From positions 1 through 33,543 of the forward strand of contig PWMA01000123.1 in NCBI GenBank assembly GCA_003558335.1: a stretch of 33,543 nt of DNA, given 5' to 3'. Position numbers and translations under genes: made by a program. This DNA is from Candidatus Methanofastidiosia archaeon. Its GTDB lineage: Archaea > Methanobacteriota_B > Thermococci > Methanofastidiosales > Methanofastidiosaceae. This document shows positions 8,986-17,122 of this stretch, piece after piece; the first letter of the stretch is position 1; each line of letters opens with the position of its first letter. The notes below the pieces were generated by a model, which was given only the letters and a program-made list of their open reading frames with translations, searched no databases and was not told the origin of the DNA.

Positions 8986-9150
8986 CTAGTCTTTGACAAT
9001 TATCACATAGGCTCGATAGCCTATGTATTTCTTCTGGGCATCTACTTTTGCCCCATTGCCGTATGCACTAACCTTTCGCTCATAAATTTCTATAACTTCT
9101 TCACTTAGGTTAAACTGGCCATTAGATTTAGCCTCAATATTACGCGTCAT
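8986..9150 (-). CDS. DUF2080-family transposase-associated small protein (54 aa, not in the ORF track)
   Basis: Manual translation gives MTRNIEAKSNGQFNLSEEVIEIYERKVSAYGNGAKVDAQKKYIGYRAYVIIVKD. The KV..YGNGAKVD..KKYIG.R.YVII pattern fits DUF2080, and the ORF is divergent from the transposase inside the TIRs. Confidence 0.82.
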   Translation of the reverse strand: MTRNIEAKSNGQFNLSEEVIEIYERKVSAYGNGAKVDAQKKYIGYRAYVIIVKD

Positions 9151-9201
9151 AATAGGTATATACATAGAAATACTTATAAAGCTTAGGGTTATTAGTACCT
9201 C

Positions 9202-10203
9202 ATGCTAACAACAGAAGCTGTCAGAAGGCGTATCCGAGAAGTAAAAGAATTCCTACCCTCTGAAAATAAAATCAAATCATCAGCATACAGAAACTGGCCC
9301 GAGTATGAGAAGGAGCTATCTAGCAGCATCCGAGCTGCATTCAGGAACATAAGCCCACTAGTCGATGAGGCAGTTTCTAGCATACAAGTAAGTAAAGGTA
9401 GAGGATCTCCCCGTAAACTTACCTTGAAACAAAGAGTGACACTTCTTCTAATAAAAGAGCTTGTCGGCCACAGCAACAGGATGATGGCCAATATGCTCGT
9501 TGTTTTTTCAATGCTAAATGACATAGATGTCAGTTACAAAACAATAGAAAGGCTGTATTCCGATCCAGAGGTAGCGCTTGCCATCCATAATCTTCACGTT
9601 GTGATACTGAAAAAGAAGGGAATAAAGTATGCCGACACATCTGGAGATGGAACAGGCTATTCCCTCACAATATCCAAACACTACTCTTCAGCGGTCCAGA
9701 AAAGGCGTGACAAGGTGAAAGAAGTTAAATATGGGGAAAATCAGCTTCGAAGAGAATATGTCTATAAGTTCGCACTTCTCGATCTAAACACTTTCATGTA
9801 TATTGCATACGGAGCAAGCCTGAAAAGTGAGAAAGAAGCCTTTGAAAAGTCGATGGAAATGCTAGAGTCTCTTGATATAAAAGTAAAAAGCATTCGTCTT
9901 TACAAATATTACAGCTACCCATTCTACGTGAACAAGTTTCAAGATTCCAAGGTCTACATAATACCCAAGTCTAACTGCACAATCAAAGGGTCGCAAAAAT
10001 GGAAGAGCACTTTGAAAGAGTTTCTAAACGATACGGAAAGTTACCTGCAAGAATACTACAGAAGAGAAAGCTCTGAAGCAGCTTTTTCTGCAGACAAGAG
10101 ACGCTTTGGCTGGACAATAGAGCAGAGGCTCGCAGGAAGGATATACTGTGCCGCCTCCTGCATTGCGCTCTGGCACAATCTTTTGAATCTAAATACAGGC
10201 TAA
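9202..10203 (+). CDS. DDE transposase (ISA1214-like), possibly inactive
   Basis: SNRMM...VSYKTIERLYSD, the first Asp in SGDGTGYS and the Glu in YYRRESSEAAFSADKRRFG. The expected second Asp position reads RLYKYYS. The stop codon lies inside the right TIR. Confidence 0.9.
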   Translation: MLTTEAVRRRIREVKEFLPSENKIKSSAYRNWPEYEKELSSSIRAAFRNISPLVDEAVSSIQVSKGRGSPRKLTLKQRVTLLLIKELVGHSNRMMANMLVVFSMLNDIDVSYKTIERLYSDPEVALAIHNLHVVILKKKGIKYADTSGDGTGYSLTISKHYSSAVQKRRDKVKEVKYGENQLRREYVYKFALLDLNTFMYIAYGASLKSEKEAFEKSMEMLESLDIKVKSIRLYKYYSYPFYVNKFQDSKVYIIPKSNCTIKGSQKWKSTLKEFLNDTESYLQEYYRRESSEAAFSADKRRFGWTIEQRLAGRIYCAASCIALWHNLLNLNTG

Positions 10204-10574
10204 TTATGTCCCACAGCCGAAAAAAATAGGGAAAATATGGAAAAGATCTAATAAAATTACTGACATTAAATTAAGATCAACATATTAAATTCAAATCTGG
10301 AATAAACTAGCTTTTCTTAAATAAATAGTCATAATTCTTTTCCATTTCTTTTATTGGAAATTTAGAACTTACAAAAGGTTTAAACTTTGCGGTTGAATTA
10401 TACAACAATTCAATTTGCTTAGAAAAGTTTAAATATTCTTTACCTAATTTCAATGTAAGGGCACATTATGAGGCCATCAAACATCTATATTAATAGTTTC
10501 TATTATAAAATGCAAAGTTATATCGATTTTTGTATTGTACTGATAACCGAAAAAAAATTAAAGTTGGAGATATT

Positions 10575-11237
10575 TTGGACGATAAAAAATCTATAGGGTT
10601 GTATGCAGCATCTTTAGTAAATGATGGTGATGTCGTAGGGCTTGGCACGGGTAGCACTACTGAATTTACAATAACTGAACTTGGAAGAAGAATTAAAGAG
10701 GAAGGCATCTCAATTTATGGTATACCTACTTCTTTTCAGGCTAAGCTTTCTGCTATGAATTCTGGAATACCATTATCAAGCCTTGATGAACATGATATTG
10801 ACATTGCAATAGATGGCGCTGATGAGATAGATCCAAAACTATGCCTTCTTAAAGGAAGAGGAGGTGCATTGTTACAGGAAAAAGTAATTGATTACAGCGC
10901 AAAAAAATTCTTTGTAGTGTGTGAGGAGAAAAAACTAGTTGAAGAACTTGGAAAAGATTTTCCAGTAACTGTAGAGGTATTCCCTCTTGCCTATAGAAAA
11001 GTTTTCAACATATTATCTTCATACGGAAAACCAGTTCTAAGAATTGCAGAAAAAAAGGATGGGCCTGTTATAACAGACAATGGTAACTTTATAATAGATC
11101 TTTTCACAAAAGTTAAAAATCCTAAAGCTATTGAAAATGAAATTAACAACATACCCGGTGTATTCGAAAATGGAATATTCACTTCAAAGTGCAATGTAGT
11201 ATTTATGAAAAATGGAGAAATAAAAACTCTAAGATGA
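10575..11237 (+). CDS. rpiA: Ribose-5-phosphate isomerase A
   Basis: VGLGTGST, DIAIDGADEID, LKGRGGALLQEKV and GPVITDNGN motifs. The TTG at 10575 follows GGAGA. The track start at 10530 is probably too long. Confidence 0.95.
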   Translation: MDDKKSIGLYAASLVNDGDVVGLGTGSTTEFTITELGRRIKEEGISIYGIPTSFQAKLSAMNSGIPLSSLDEHDIDIAIDGADEIDPKLCLLKGRGGALLQEKVIDYSAKKFFVVCEEKKLVEELGKDFPVTVEVFPLAYRKVFNILSSYGKPVLRIAEKKDGPVITDNGNFIIDLFTKVKNPKAIENEINNIPGVFENGIFTSKCNVVFMKNGEIKTLR

Positions 11238-11713
11238 TTTTTATGGATTATTATAAAATAGATGGTGAGAAAATGAAAGAATACGCTAGGGAAATAAAAA
11301 TTAATGTTCCAGAGAAAAGTGATATAGATAAGGGACTAATGGAAATTTTGAAGTTCTTTCTGGATACCGAATCAAAGATTAAAATATATCTTTATCTATT
11401 AAAAAAAGGAAGCTCAACTTATGATAGCATTGCAGAAGGAACCTCAATATATCCAAGCACGTGCCGTGAATCATTGGAATCAATGGAGCAGATTCAGGTA
11501 GTAAATAGGTCTGAAGGAGAACAGGAACGTTATACTGCTGTTCAACCTTCAAAACTTGTAGATAGAAAGATTGGAAAACTAGAAAAAGAACTTAATGATT
11601 TTCTTAGGCTTGAAGAAATACTAAAAAAAGAAAAGGAAATCAAAACACCGATCCTCCCTTTTAGAATTAAAATTGAAAGAGTTGTAAATTCAGAAGATAA
11701 AGATGAGGATTGA
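11234..11713 (+). CDS. TrmB-like winged-helix transcriptional regulator
   Basis: ESKIKIYLYLLKKGSSTYDSIAEGTSIYPSTCRESLESM wHTH followed by YTAVQPSKLV and a coiled coil. The ATG at 11234 overlaps the rpiA stop. An alternative ATG at 11273 has a GGTGA RBS. Confidence 0.75.
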   Translation: MIFMDYYKIDGEKMKEYAREIKINVPEKSDIDKGLMEILKFFLDTESKIKIYLYLLKKGSSTYDSIAEGTSIYPSTCRESLESMEQIQVVNRSEGEQERYTAVQPSKLVDRKIGKLEKELNDFLRLEEILKKEKEIKTPILPFRIKIERVVNSEDKDED

Positions 11714-11719
11714 AATTTT

Positions 11720-12082
11720 TTGATAAAGATAGACAAAGAACTGTTGGAATTTATATCCTATGCCGCAAAAAATACCTATCCAAATGAATTTGCCGCATTT
11801 TTAAGAGATGAAGAAGGGGTAATATCTGAAGTTGTATTTTCGCCTTACAGTGTATTTGGAAATAGTTCGGCCACTATTTCTCATTTTAGCCTTCCAATTG
11901 ATACATCAATTGTAGGGACTGTTCACTCTCACCCAACTAGAAATGGCTCACCTTCAGAAGGCGATTTAAGTTTTTTTTCACATTATGGTAAAGTACATAT
12001 AATAGTCCGTTATCCTTATGAGAATGATGACTTCTTTTTTTATTCAAGAAATGGGGAGCGGCTAGAATATGAGGTCATATAA
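11720..12082 (+). CDS. JAMM/MPN+ (Mov34) metallopeptidase
   Basis: YPNEFAA (catalytic Glu) and GTVHSHPTRNGSPSEGD, matching E...HxH-x7-S-x2-D. Confidence 0.9.
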   Translation: MIKIDKELLEFISYAAKNTYPNEFAAFLRDEEGVISEVVFSPYSVFGNSSATISHFSLPIDTSIVGTVHSHPTRNGSPSEGDLSFFSHYGKVHIIVRYPYENDDFFFYSRNGERLEYEVI

Positions 12083-12891
12083 TGCAAAACAAGGATCTTC
12101 TTCTTGACTCCCTTTCAAAATCTGTTTCAGATTTCGTTGAAGATAGAAAATTTATTCCTGTTTCTTTTTCTGGTGGTATTGATAGTTACATTACTGCAGC
12201 ATTGGTCAAAAAGTATTCAACACCTATACTCTACACAGTTGGAAATGATCATTCAAAGGATATTTTTTATTCAACTATTGCATCAAAAGCTCTAGAGAGC
12301 TCCTTAAAGATAATTAATTTATCTGATAACGATATAATAGAAGGAATTGAAAAAACAATAGAAATAATTGGATCAAAAAATGGATTCGATGTATTGATAG
12401 GCTCTACTTTTTATATAGTTGCAAAAAAAATAAACAGAGACGGATTTGACATATGTATAGCAGGGCAGGGCGCAGATGAACTTTTTTTTGGTTATGATAA
12501 ATATAGAAGAGCTTTAGAAAAAGGTGAAGATCCGAATCTTTTAAGGAAAAAAGATATTAACGAGTTAGAAGAAATAATCTCAAACAGAGAGTGTAAAATT
12601 TTTGAGAGTTTGGGTATAAAATTTAAATCGCCTTTTTTAGATAAGAAAGTAAAAAAAATCGCTACAGAAATTGATAGAATACTTAATCTTAAAGATTCAA
12701 ATGACTACATAAGAAAGCATGTTTTAAGAGAGATTGCCTTTGATTTGGGCGCACCAATAGAAATTGTAAATAGAAAAAAAAAAGCTCTGCAGTATGGATC
12801 AGGAATTCTTGAAGATATAAGGCGAATAGCAAAGGAAAGAGGGCTAAGCCCATCCTTAAATGCATATTTGGAGTCTATTAAAAAAGAGTAA
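12082..12891 (+). CDS. Asparagine synthetase-like ATP pyrophosphatase (synthetase domain only)
   Basis: PP-loop SFSGGIDS, GQGADELFFGY, SPFLD and RKHVLRE...RKKKALQYGSG. No N-terminal Cys-type glutaminase domain. Confidence 0.85.
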   Translation: MQNKDLLLDSLSKSVSDFVEDRKFIPVSFSGGIDSYITAALVKKYSTPILYTVGNDHSKDIFYSTIASKALESSLKIINLSDNDIIEGIEKTIEIIGSKNGFDVLIGSTFYIVAKKINRDGFDICIAGQGADELFFGYDKYRRALEKGEDPNLLRKKDINELEEIISNRECKIFESLGIKFKSPFLDKKVKKIATEIDRILNLKDSNDYIRKHVLREIAFDLGAPIEIVNRKKKALQYGSGILEDIRRIAKERGLSPSLNAYLESIKKE

Positions 12892-12922
12892 GTCTTTTAT
12901 TATTTGTTCTCTTTATGCTATT

Positions 12923-14443
12923 ATGGAACTTAAGGTAAAATATATCGATATTCAAGAAAAACAAGATATTGTTTTTTTGAATGTTAAAGATGCAATTAAC
13001 GAAAGAATTGGCCCTGGGGAAAAAATTATCGTAAGAAAACCTAATTCTTCATATTCAGTTTCTGCTGTATTAACAAAATCTCTTATTAAGCAAGGTTATG
13101 TTGGCATTTCTAAAGAAAAATCAGAACACTACAACCACTTGGAAAACGATATCGTCGAAGTATTCCCGGACTCAAACATAGAGCTTGTTCAAATATCTAA
13201 AAAGAAAATGGATGGTAAAATACTGAAAAAGGATGAAATAACAAAGTTTGTTGGAGGGATAGTTAATGGAAATGTTGATACTGCAATGATATCTAGCTTT
13301 CTCACAATAACTCAAATACTTGGAACATCTCAAAAAGAAACAGAGTATCTTACAAGAGCAATGGCAGAAACAGGAACTATGATAAGATTTGACAAAAGCC
13401 CGATAATGGATGTACACAGTATTGGAGGAGTCCCTGGAAATAAAACTGCGCTACTTACAGTTCCAATAGTTGCATCTTCTGGACTTTTCATACCTAAAAC
13501 TTCTTCAAGAGCAATAACCTCTCCTGCAGGGACAGCTGATGTTGTAGAAGTTATATCTCCAGTTGATTTTTCTCCAGACAAATTAAAGGAGATAGTCAAA
13601 ACAACTGGAGGGTGTCTTGCATGGAGCGGAGTTTTGAATCTTACGCCTGCCGATGAAAAAATAGTTGAAGTTGAAAGAAAGCTACACATAGATCCAGAGC
13701 CTATTATCTTGGCAAGTGTTTTAAGTAAAAAATATGCAATGGGTGCAGAGTTTCTTTTGATTGATATTCCAATGGGCGATGGAACAAAGATTACCGAGTG
13801 GGAGAATGCGAGAAAACTTGCTTCAAACTTTACAGATCTTGGTTCAGCTTTAGGTATGCACGTAGATGTTGCGGTAACATATGGAGGGCAACCAATTGGA
13901 AATGCCGTTGGCCCTGCTCTTGAAGCAAGGGAAGCATTAATAGCTTTAGAGAGAAAACATAGTGGAAGTCTTGCACAAAAAGCCATAGGACTAGCTGCAA
14001 TACTACTCGAGCTTGGAAAAAAGGCAGAAGTTGGAAAGGGTAAGGAGATGGCAAGAAAGATTCTTGAAAGTGGAAAAGCTTTGGAAAAGTTTAGAGAGAT
14101 AATTGATGCCCAAGGCGGAAACTCTGAGATAACACCTGACGAAATACCTGTGGGAAAATATAAAGAAATTATATTGTCTGAAGATTCAGGATATATAACT
14201 AAGGTCAACAATGACACTATTGTAAAAGTTGCAAAGATATTGGGGACTCCATCTGATAAAGGCGCAGGGTTAGTTCTAAACTACAAAGTAGGAGAGCGTG
14301 TTGAAAAAGATGAGGTCATAGTTGAGCTTTATGCAGAAAGCAAGGAAAGACTTTTATCCGCTAAAAGATTTTTAGCTTATAATAGAATATTTCAGACTGA
14401 AGGAATGATTCTAAAAAGATTTCCAGGACTTAAGGTGATTTGA
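12923..14443 (+). CDS. deoA: AMP phosphorylase (thymidine phosphorylase family)
   Basis: Archaeal N-terminal extension plus DVHSIGGVPGNK, PKTSSRAITSPAGTAD, ASVLSKK and QPIGNAVGPALEAREAL motifs. The ATG at 12923 is preferred over the track start at 12860, which overlaps the upstream gene. Confidence 0.92.
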   Translation: MELKVKYIDIQEKQDIVFLNVKDAINERIGPGEKIIVRKPNSSYSVSAVLTKSLIKQGYVGISKEKSEHYNHLENDIVEVFPDSNIELVQISKKKMDGKILKKDEITKFVGGIVNGNVDTAMISSFLTITQILGTSQKETEYLTRAMAETGTMIRFDKSPIMDVHSIGGVPGNKTALLTVPIVASSGLFIPKTSSRAITSPAGTADVVEVISPVDFSPDKLKEIVKTTGGCLAWSGVLNLTPADEKIVEVERKLHIDPEPIILASVLSKKYAMGAEFLLIDIPMGDGTKITEWENARKLASNFTDLGSALGMHVDVAVTYGGQPIGNAVGPALEAREALIALERKHSGSLAQKAIGLAAILLELGKKAEVGKGKEMARKILESGKALEKFREIIDAQGGNSEITPDEIPVGKYKEIILSEDSGYITKVNNDTIVKVAKILGTPSDKGAGLVLNYKVGERVEKDEVIVELYAESKERLLSAKRFLAYNRIFQTEGMILKRFPGLKVI

Positions 14444-14778
14444 TGGATCCACATTATGAAAATCTTAAACATAGAAGACTTTTAGAAGATGCAAGAAGAA
14501 AAAGAGAAGATGGCATAATTTTATTTTTCACAATGTTTTTATCATCATTATTTTTGTTTAGAGTTGGATTTGGCTCATCTGTTCTTCTTATTTTTGCCGG
14601 AACAGTTATTCTAATGCTAGGTATATTTCTCTTCATGTATGAAGATTCTAAAAGCACAGAAATACTTGAAAGAGCATCCAAAGTAGAAAACCCACCTAAA
14701 AGAACAGTTGAAAGAGAAGTAGATAGTACAATAACTGACCTATTGATTGAAATAATGTCTTACTTGATGAAAAAATGA
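14440..14778 (+). CDS. Small membrane protein (two predicted TM helices)
   Basis: Hydrophobic IILFFTMFLSSLFLF and VLLIFAGTVILMLGIFLFMY segments, an AGGTGA RBS, and overlaps with both neighbours. Confidence 0.7.
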   Translation: MMDPHYENLKHRRLLEDARRKREDGIILFFTMFLSSLFLFRVGFGSSVLLIFAGTVILMLGIFLFMYEDSKSTEILERASKVENPPKRTVEREVDSTITDLLIEIMSYLMKK

Positions 14779-15902
14779 CTGAACTAGTATCCATTAGAAA
14801 AGCTATAGACTACGAGGATAGTCTTCCAGAGGCAATTGATAATGTCCTAAGAGATTTGGGCGGTATTGAAAGATTTGTAAAAAAAGGAGACATAGTGGCT
14901 CTAAAGCCTAATTTACTTGTTTTCTCTTCCCCTTCAAAAGCTATAGTGACAAATCCACATTTTACTTTTGAAGTTTTTAAAAAAGTATTAGAAGCCGGAG
15001 GAAAACCTTTTGTTATAGATAGTCCTGGCAGTGGCATACCTTTCACAAAAAGGTCTCTTAATTCTCTTTATCGATTAACAGGTTATTCGGAGGTCTTTAA
15101 AGATTATCCTGATTGTCTAAATTTAGACACTTCGAAAAAAATGGTAGATATAGAAAATGGACTTATTTTAAAAAGTGTTAATATATTAAAACCTTTACTT
15201 GATGCAGATGTCATCATAAATCTACCTAAAATGAAAACTCATTCTTTAACATTTATTTCAGGAGCTGTAAAAAATATGTATGGATCAGTTCCAGGAATGG
15301 AAAAGACAAGATACCATTCAAGATTTAAAGATGTGCATGATTTTTCCAGAGCCTTACTTGATGTCTCTAATGTTACAAAACCCAATCTAACACTGATGGA
15401 TGGGATATTATCTCTTGAAGGAGACGGCCCAGCCATGAGGGGAGTTCCAAGAAAAACTGAAATTATCTTAGGTTCTAAAGATCCCCTTTCAATGGACTTT
15501 GCCATATGTAAATTGATTGGATTGGAATATAAAGAAATACCTTACTTGAAAGTTGCGATAGACAATAACATATCAGACGGTACTTACAATCTTAAAGGAG
15601 ATATACCTTCAATAGATAATTTTGTTCTTCCAAGAACGTATCATGGAAAGCTATCTCTTGATCCAGTTTCATTGTATAATTACTTTGTATTTCCTATTTT
15701 CTCGAACTTTTTGATTGAAAAGCCCAAAGTGATAAAGCAAAAGTGTATAAGGTGCGGCATTTGCGTTAGAAGTTGTCCAGAAAAAATAATTACAATGGAT
15801 AAAATTTCAGCAAAGATAGACTACTCTAAATGTATTAAATGTTACTGTTGTCATGAGCAGTGTCCTGAAGGCGCCATTGACCTTAAAAGAATTATTCTAT
15901 AG
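14775..15902 (+). CDS. DUF362 domain protein with C-terminal 2x[4Fe-4S] ferredoxin
   Basis: VALKPNLL, IINLPKMKTH, GAVKNMYG and DGILSLEGDGP motifs, then CIRCGICVRSCP and CIKCYCCHEQCP. Confidence 0.9.
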   Translation: MTELVSIRKAIDYEDSLPEAIDNVLRDLGGIERFVKKGDIVALKPNLLVFSSPSKAIVTNPHFTFEVFKKVLEAGGKPFVIDSPGSGIPFTKRSLNSLYRLTGYSEVFKDYPDCLNLDTSKKMVDIENGLILKSVNILKPLLDADVIINLPKMKTHSLTFISGAVKNMYGSVPGMEKTRYHSRFKDVHDFSRALLDVSNVTKPNLTLMDGILSLEGDGPAMRGVPRKTEIILGSKDPLSMDFAICKLIGLEYKEIPYLKVAIDNNISDGTYNLKGDIPSIDNFVLPRTYHGKLSLDPVSLYNYFVFPIFSNFLIEKPKVIKQKCIRCGICVRSCPEKIITMDKISAKIDYSKCIKCYCCHEQCPEGAIDLKRIIL

Positions 15903-15945
15903 AAATTCTTTTAAATATAGGTGATAATATTTTTTTGGTGATAAA

Positions 15946-16266
15946 TTGAAAGAAGAAGTATTCTATGGAAAAGGCATGAGAAAAATAAGATCAGATTATC
16001 CAGAAATCTATGACGCTGTTATAAAATTAAATGAAGCTGTATTTACAGGAAAGGCTTTGGACTATAAAACTCAAAAGCTCATTGCAATAGGTATTGCAGC
16101 GTCAAGATGCGACGAAAGCGCTACTGAAAAACAGATGAGATCTGCGATGAAAGAACTGAATGTTACTGGTGAAGAGATAGCAGACGTTTTAAGAGTTGTT
16201 CTCTTATTATCAGGCATGCCATCTTTTACCAAAGGCATGAGAATTTTGGAAGAAATAGAAAAATAA
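15946..16266 (+). CDS. Carboxymuconolactone decarboxylase/AhpD-like family protein
   Basis: ALDYKTQKLIAIGIAA...VTGEEIADVL...SGMP pattern. GGTGA-N4-TTG start. Confidence 0.85.
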   Translation: MKEEVFYGKGMRKIRSDYPEIYDAVIKLNEAVFTGKALDYKTQKLIAIGIAASRCDESATEKQMRSAMKELNVTGEEIADVLRVVLLLSGMPSFTKGMRILEEIEK

Positions 16267-16285
16267 ATAATATTTTATTATTTTT

Positions 16286-17122
16286 ATGTACAGAATAGGT
16301 TTTCACGTATCAATCGCCCAAGGTTTCTTAAACGTCTTTGAAAGTGCTAAATTGCTAGGCGCAAACTGTTGCCAGATATTTACCCATTCTCCAAGAAGCT
16401 GGAAATTTAAACTGGTATCTGAAGATATTGCCAAAACATTCAAGAATATGTATAGACAAAAAGATATTAAACCTATAGTTGTTCATGATTCTTACTTACC
16501 AAATCTTGCTTCCAATGACTTAGAGATGAGAGAAAAATCTATAGATTCTATTAAAAAAGAGTTTATCTGTTGCAACAGAATGGGTTTGGAGTTTTTGAAT
16601 ATTCATCCAGGAGCTCATAAAGGGCAAAGCAAGGAAAAAGGACTTTTGCAAATATGTGAATCTCTTAATTCAATAAAAGAGCATGCAGAGAATGTAACCC
16701 TTCTTTTTGAAAATACTTCAGGCGGCGGCTCAGTTTTAGGATCGACATTTGAAGAACTTAAATTTCTTATTGATGGCATTGATTTTAACTGTGGAGTTAC
16801 ATTAGACACTTGCCATCTATTTGCGTCGGGATATGATATATCTAATCGAGAGACGCTTGAAAATACGCTCTCACATTTTGATAAAAAAGTAGGTCTAGAA
16901 AATCTAAAACTTTTACATTTAAATGATACAAAAGGTGAACTAAGTTCAAAAAAAGATCGACACGAACACATAGGTTTAGGCATGATCGGTGTGGAAGGTT
17001 TTAATGCTATAGTAAATCATGAATACTTAAAAAACATCCCAATGATACTGGAAACTCCCGTAAATGAGAAAAGAGGAGATATAGAAAATATTATTTTTTT
17101 GAAAAAAATGATAGAGACTTAA
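16286..17122 (+). CDS. nfo: Endonuclease IV (AP endonuclease)
   Basis: IGFHVS, QIFTHSPR, VHDSYLPNLA, NIHPG, FENTSG, LDTCHLFASGYD, HLND, DRHEHIG and ILETP motifs. Confidence 0.95.
   Translation: MYRIGFHVSIAQGFLNVFESAKLLGANCCQIFTHSPRSWKFKLVSEDIAKTFKNMYRQKDIKPIVVHDSYLPNLASNDLEMREKSIDSIKKEFICCNRMGLEFLNIHPGAHKGQSKEKGLLQICESLNSIKEHAENVTLLFENTSGGGSVLGSTFEELKFLIDGIDFNCGVTLDTCHLFASGYDISNRETLENTLSHFDKKVGLENLKLLHLNDTKGELSSKKDRHEHIGLGMIGVEGFNAIVNHEYLKNIPMILETPVNEKRGDIENIIFLKKMIET

Larger units (their letters stand above)
8959..10218 (+). mobile_element. Insertion sequence, 1260 bp, ISNCY/ISA1214-like
   Basis: Perfect 18-bp TIRs ggctgtgggacataatta (8959-8976) and taattatgtcccacagcc (10201-10218). A 9-bp target duplication gaaaaaaat at 8950-8958 and 10219-10227. 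Contains a DDE transposase and a small divergent ORF, and is visibly higher in GC than the flanks. Confidence 0.93.

Noticed and set aside
9192-9524. 110-aa minus-strand ORF inside the IS
   Set aside because: It is antisense to the transposase with no recognisable motif. The real accessory ORF is 8986..9150.
245-10218. CRISPR-associated transposon or casposon
   Set aside because: The transposase is enclosed by its own TIRs and TSD, there are no tnsABC/tniQ or polB genes, and the cas operon has the normal adaptation module.
13172-15505. Antisense ORFs, including the 295-aa ORF 13330..14217
   Set aside because: They mirror well-supported plus-strand genes and have Ser/Phe/Pro-rich shadow composition. 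The same applies to the other short nested track ORFs (for example 3690, 5496, 16615, 21529, 25541, 26642, 30974).
15946-16266. AhpD-type peroxidase activity
   Set aside because: Only one Cys (SRCDE) and no CxxC, so only the family-level call is supported.
17091-17122. 32-bp convergent overlap of nfo and tes
   Set aside because: Short tail-to-tail overlaps are common in compact genomes and both proteins look complete.
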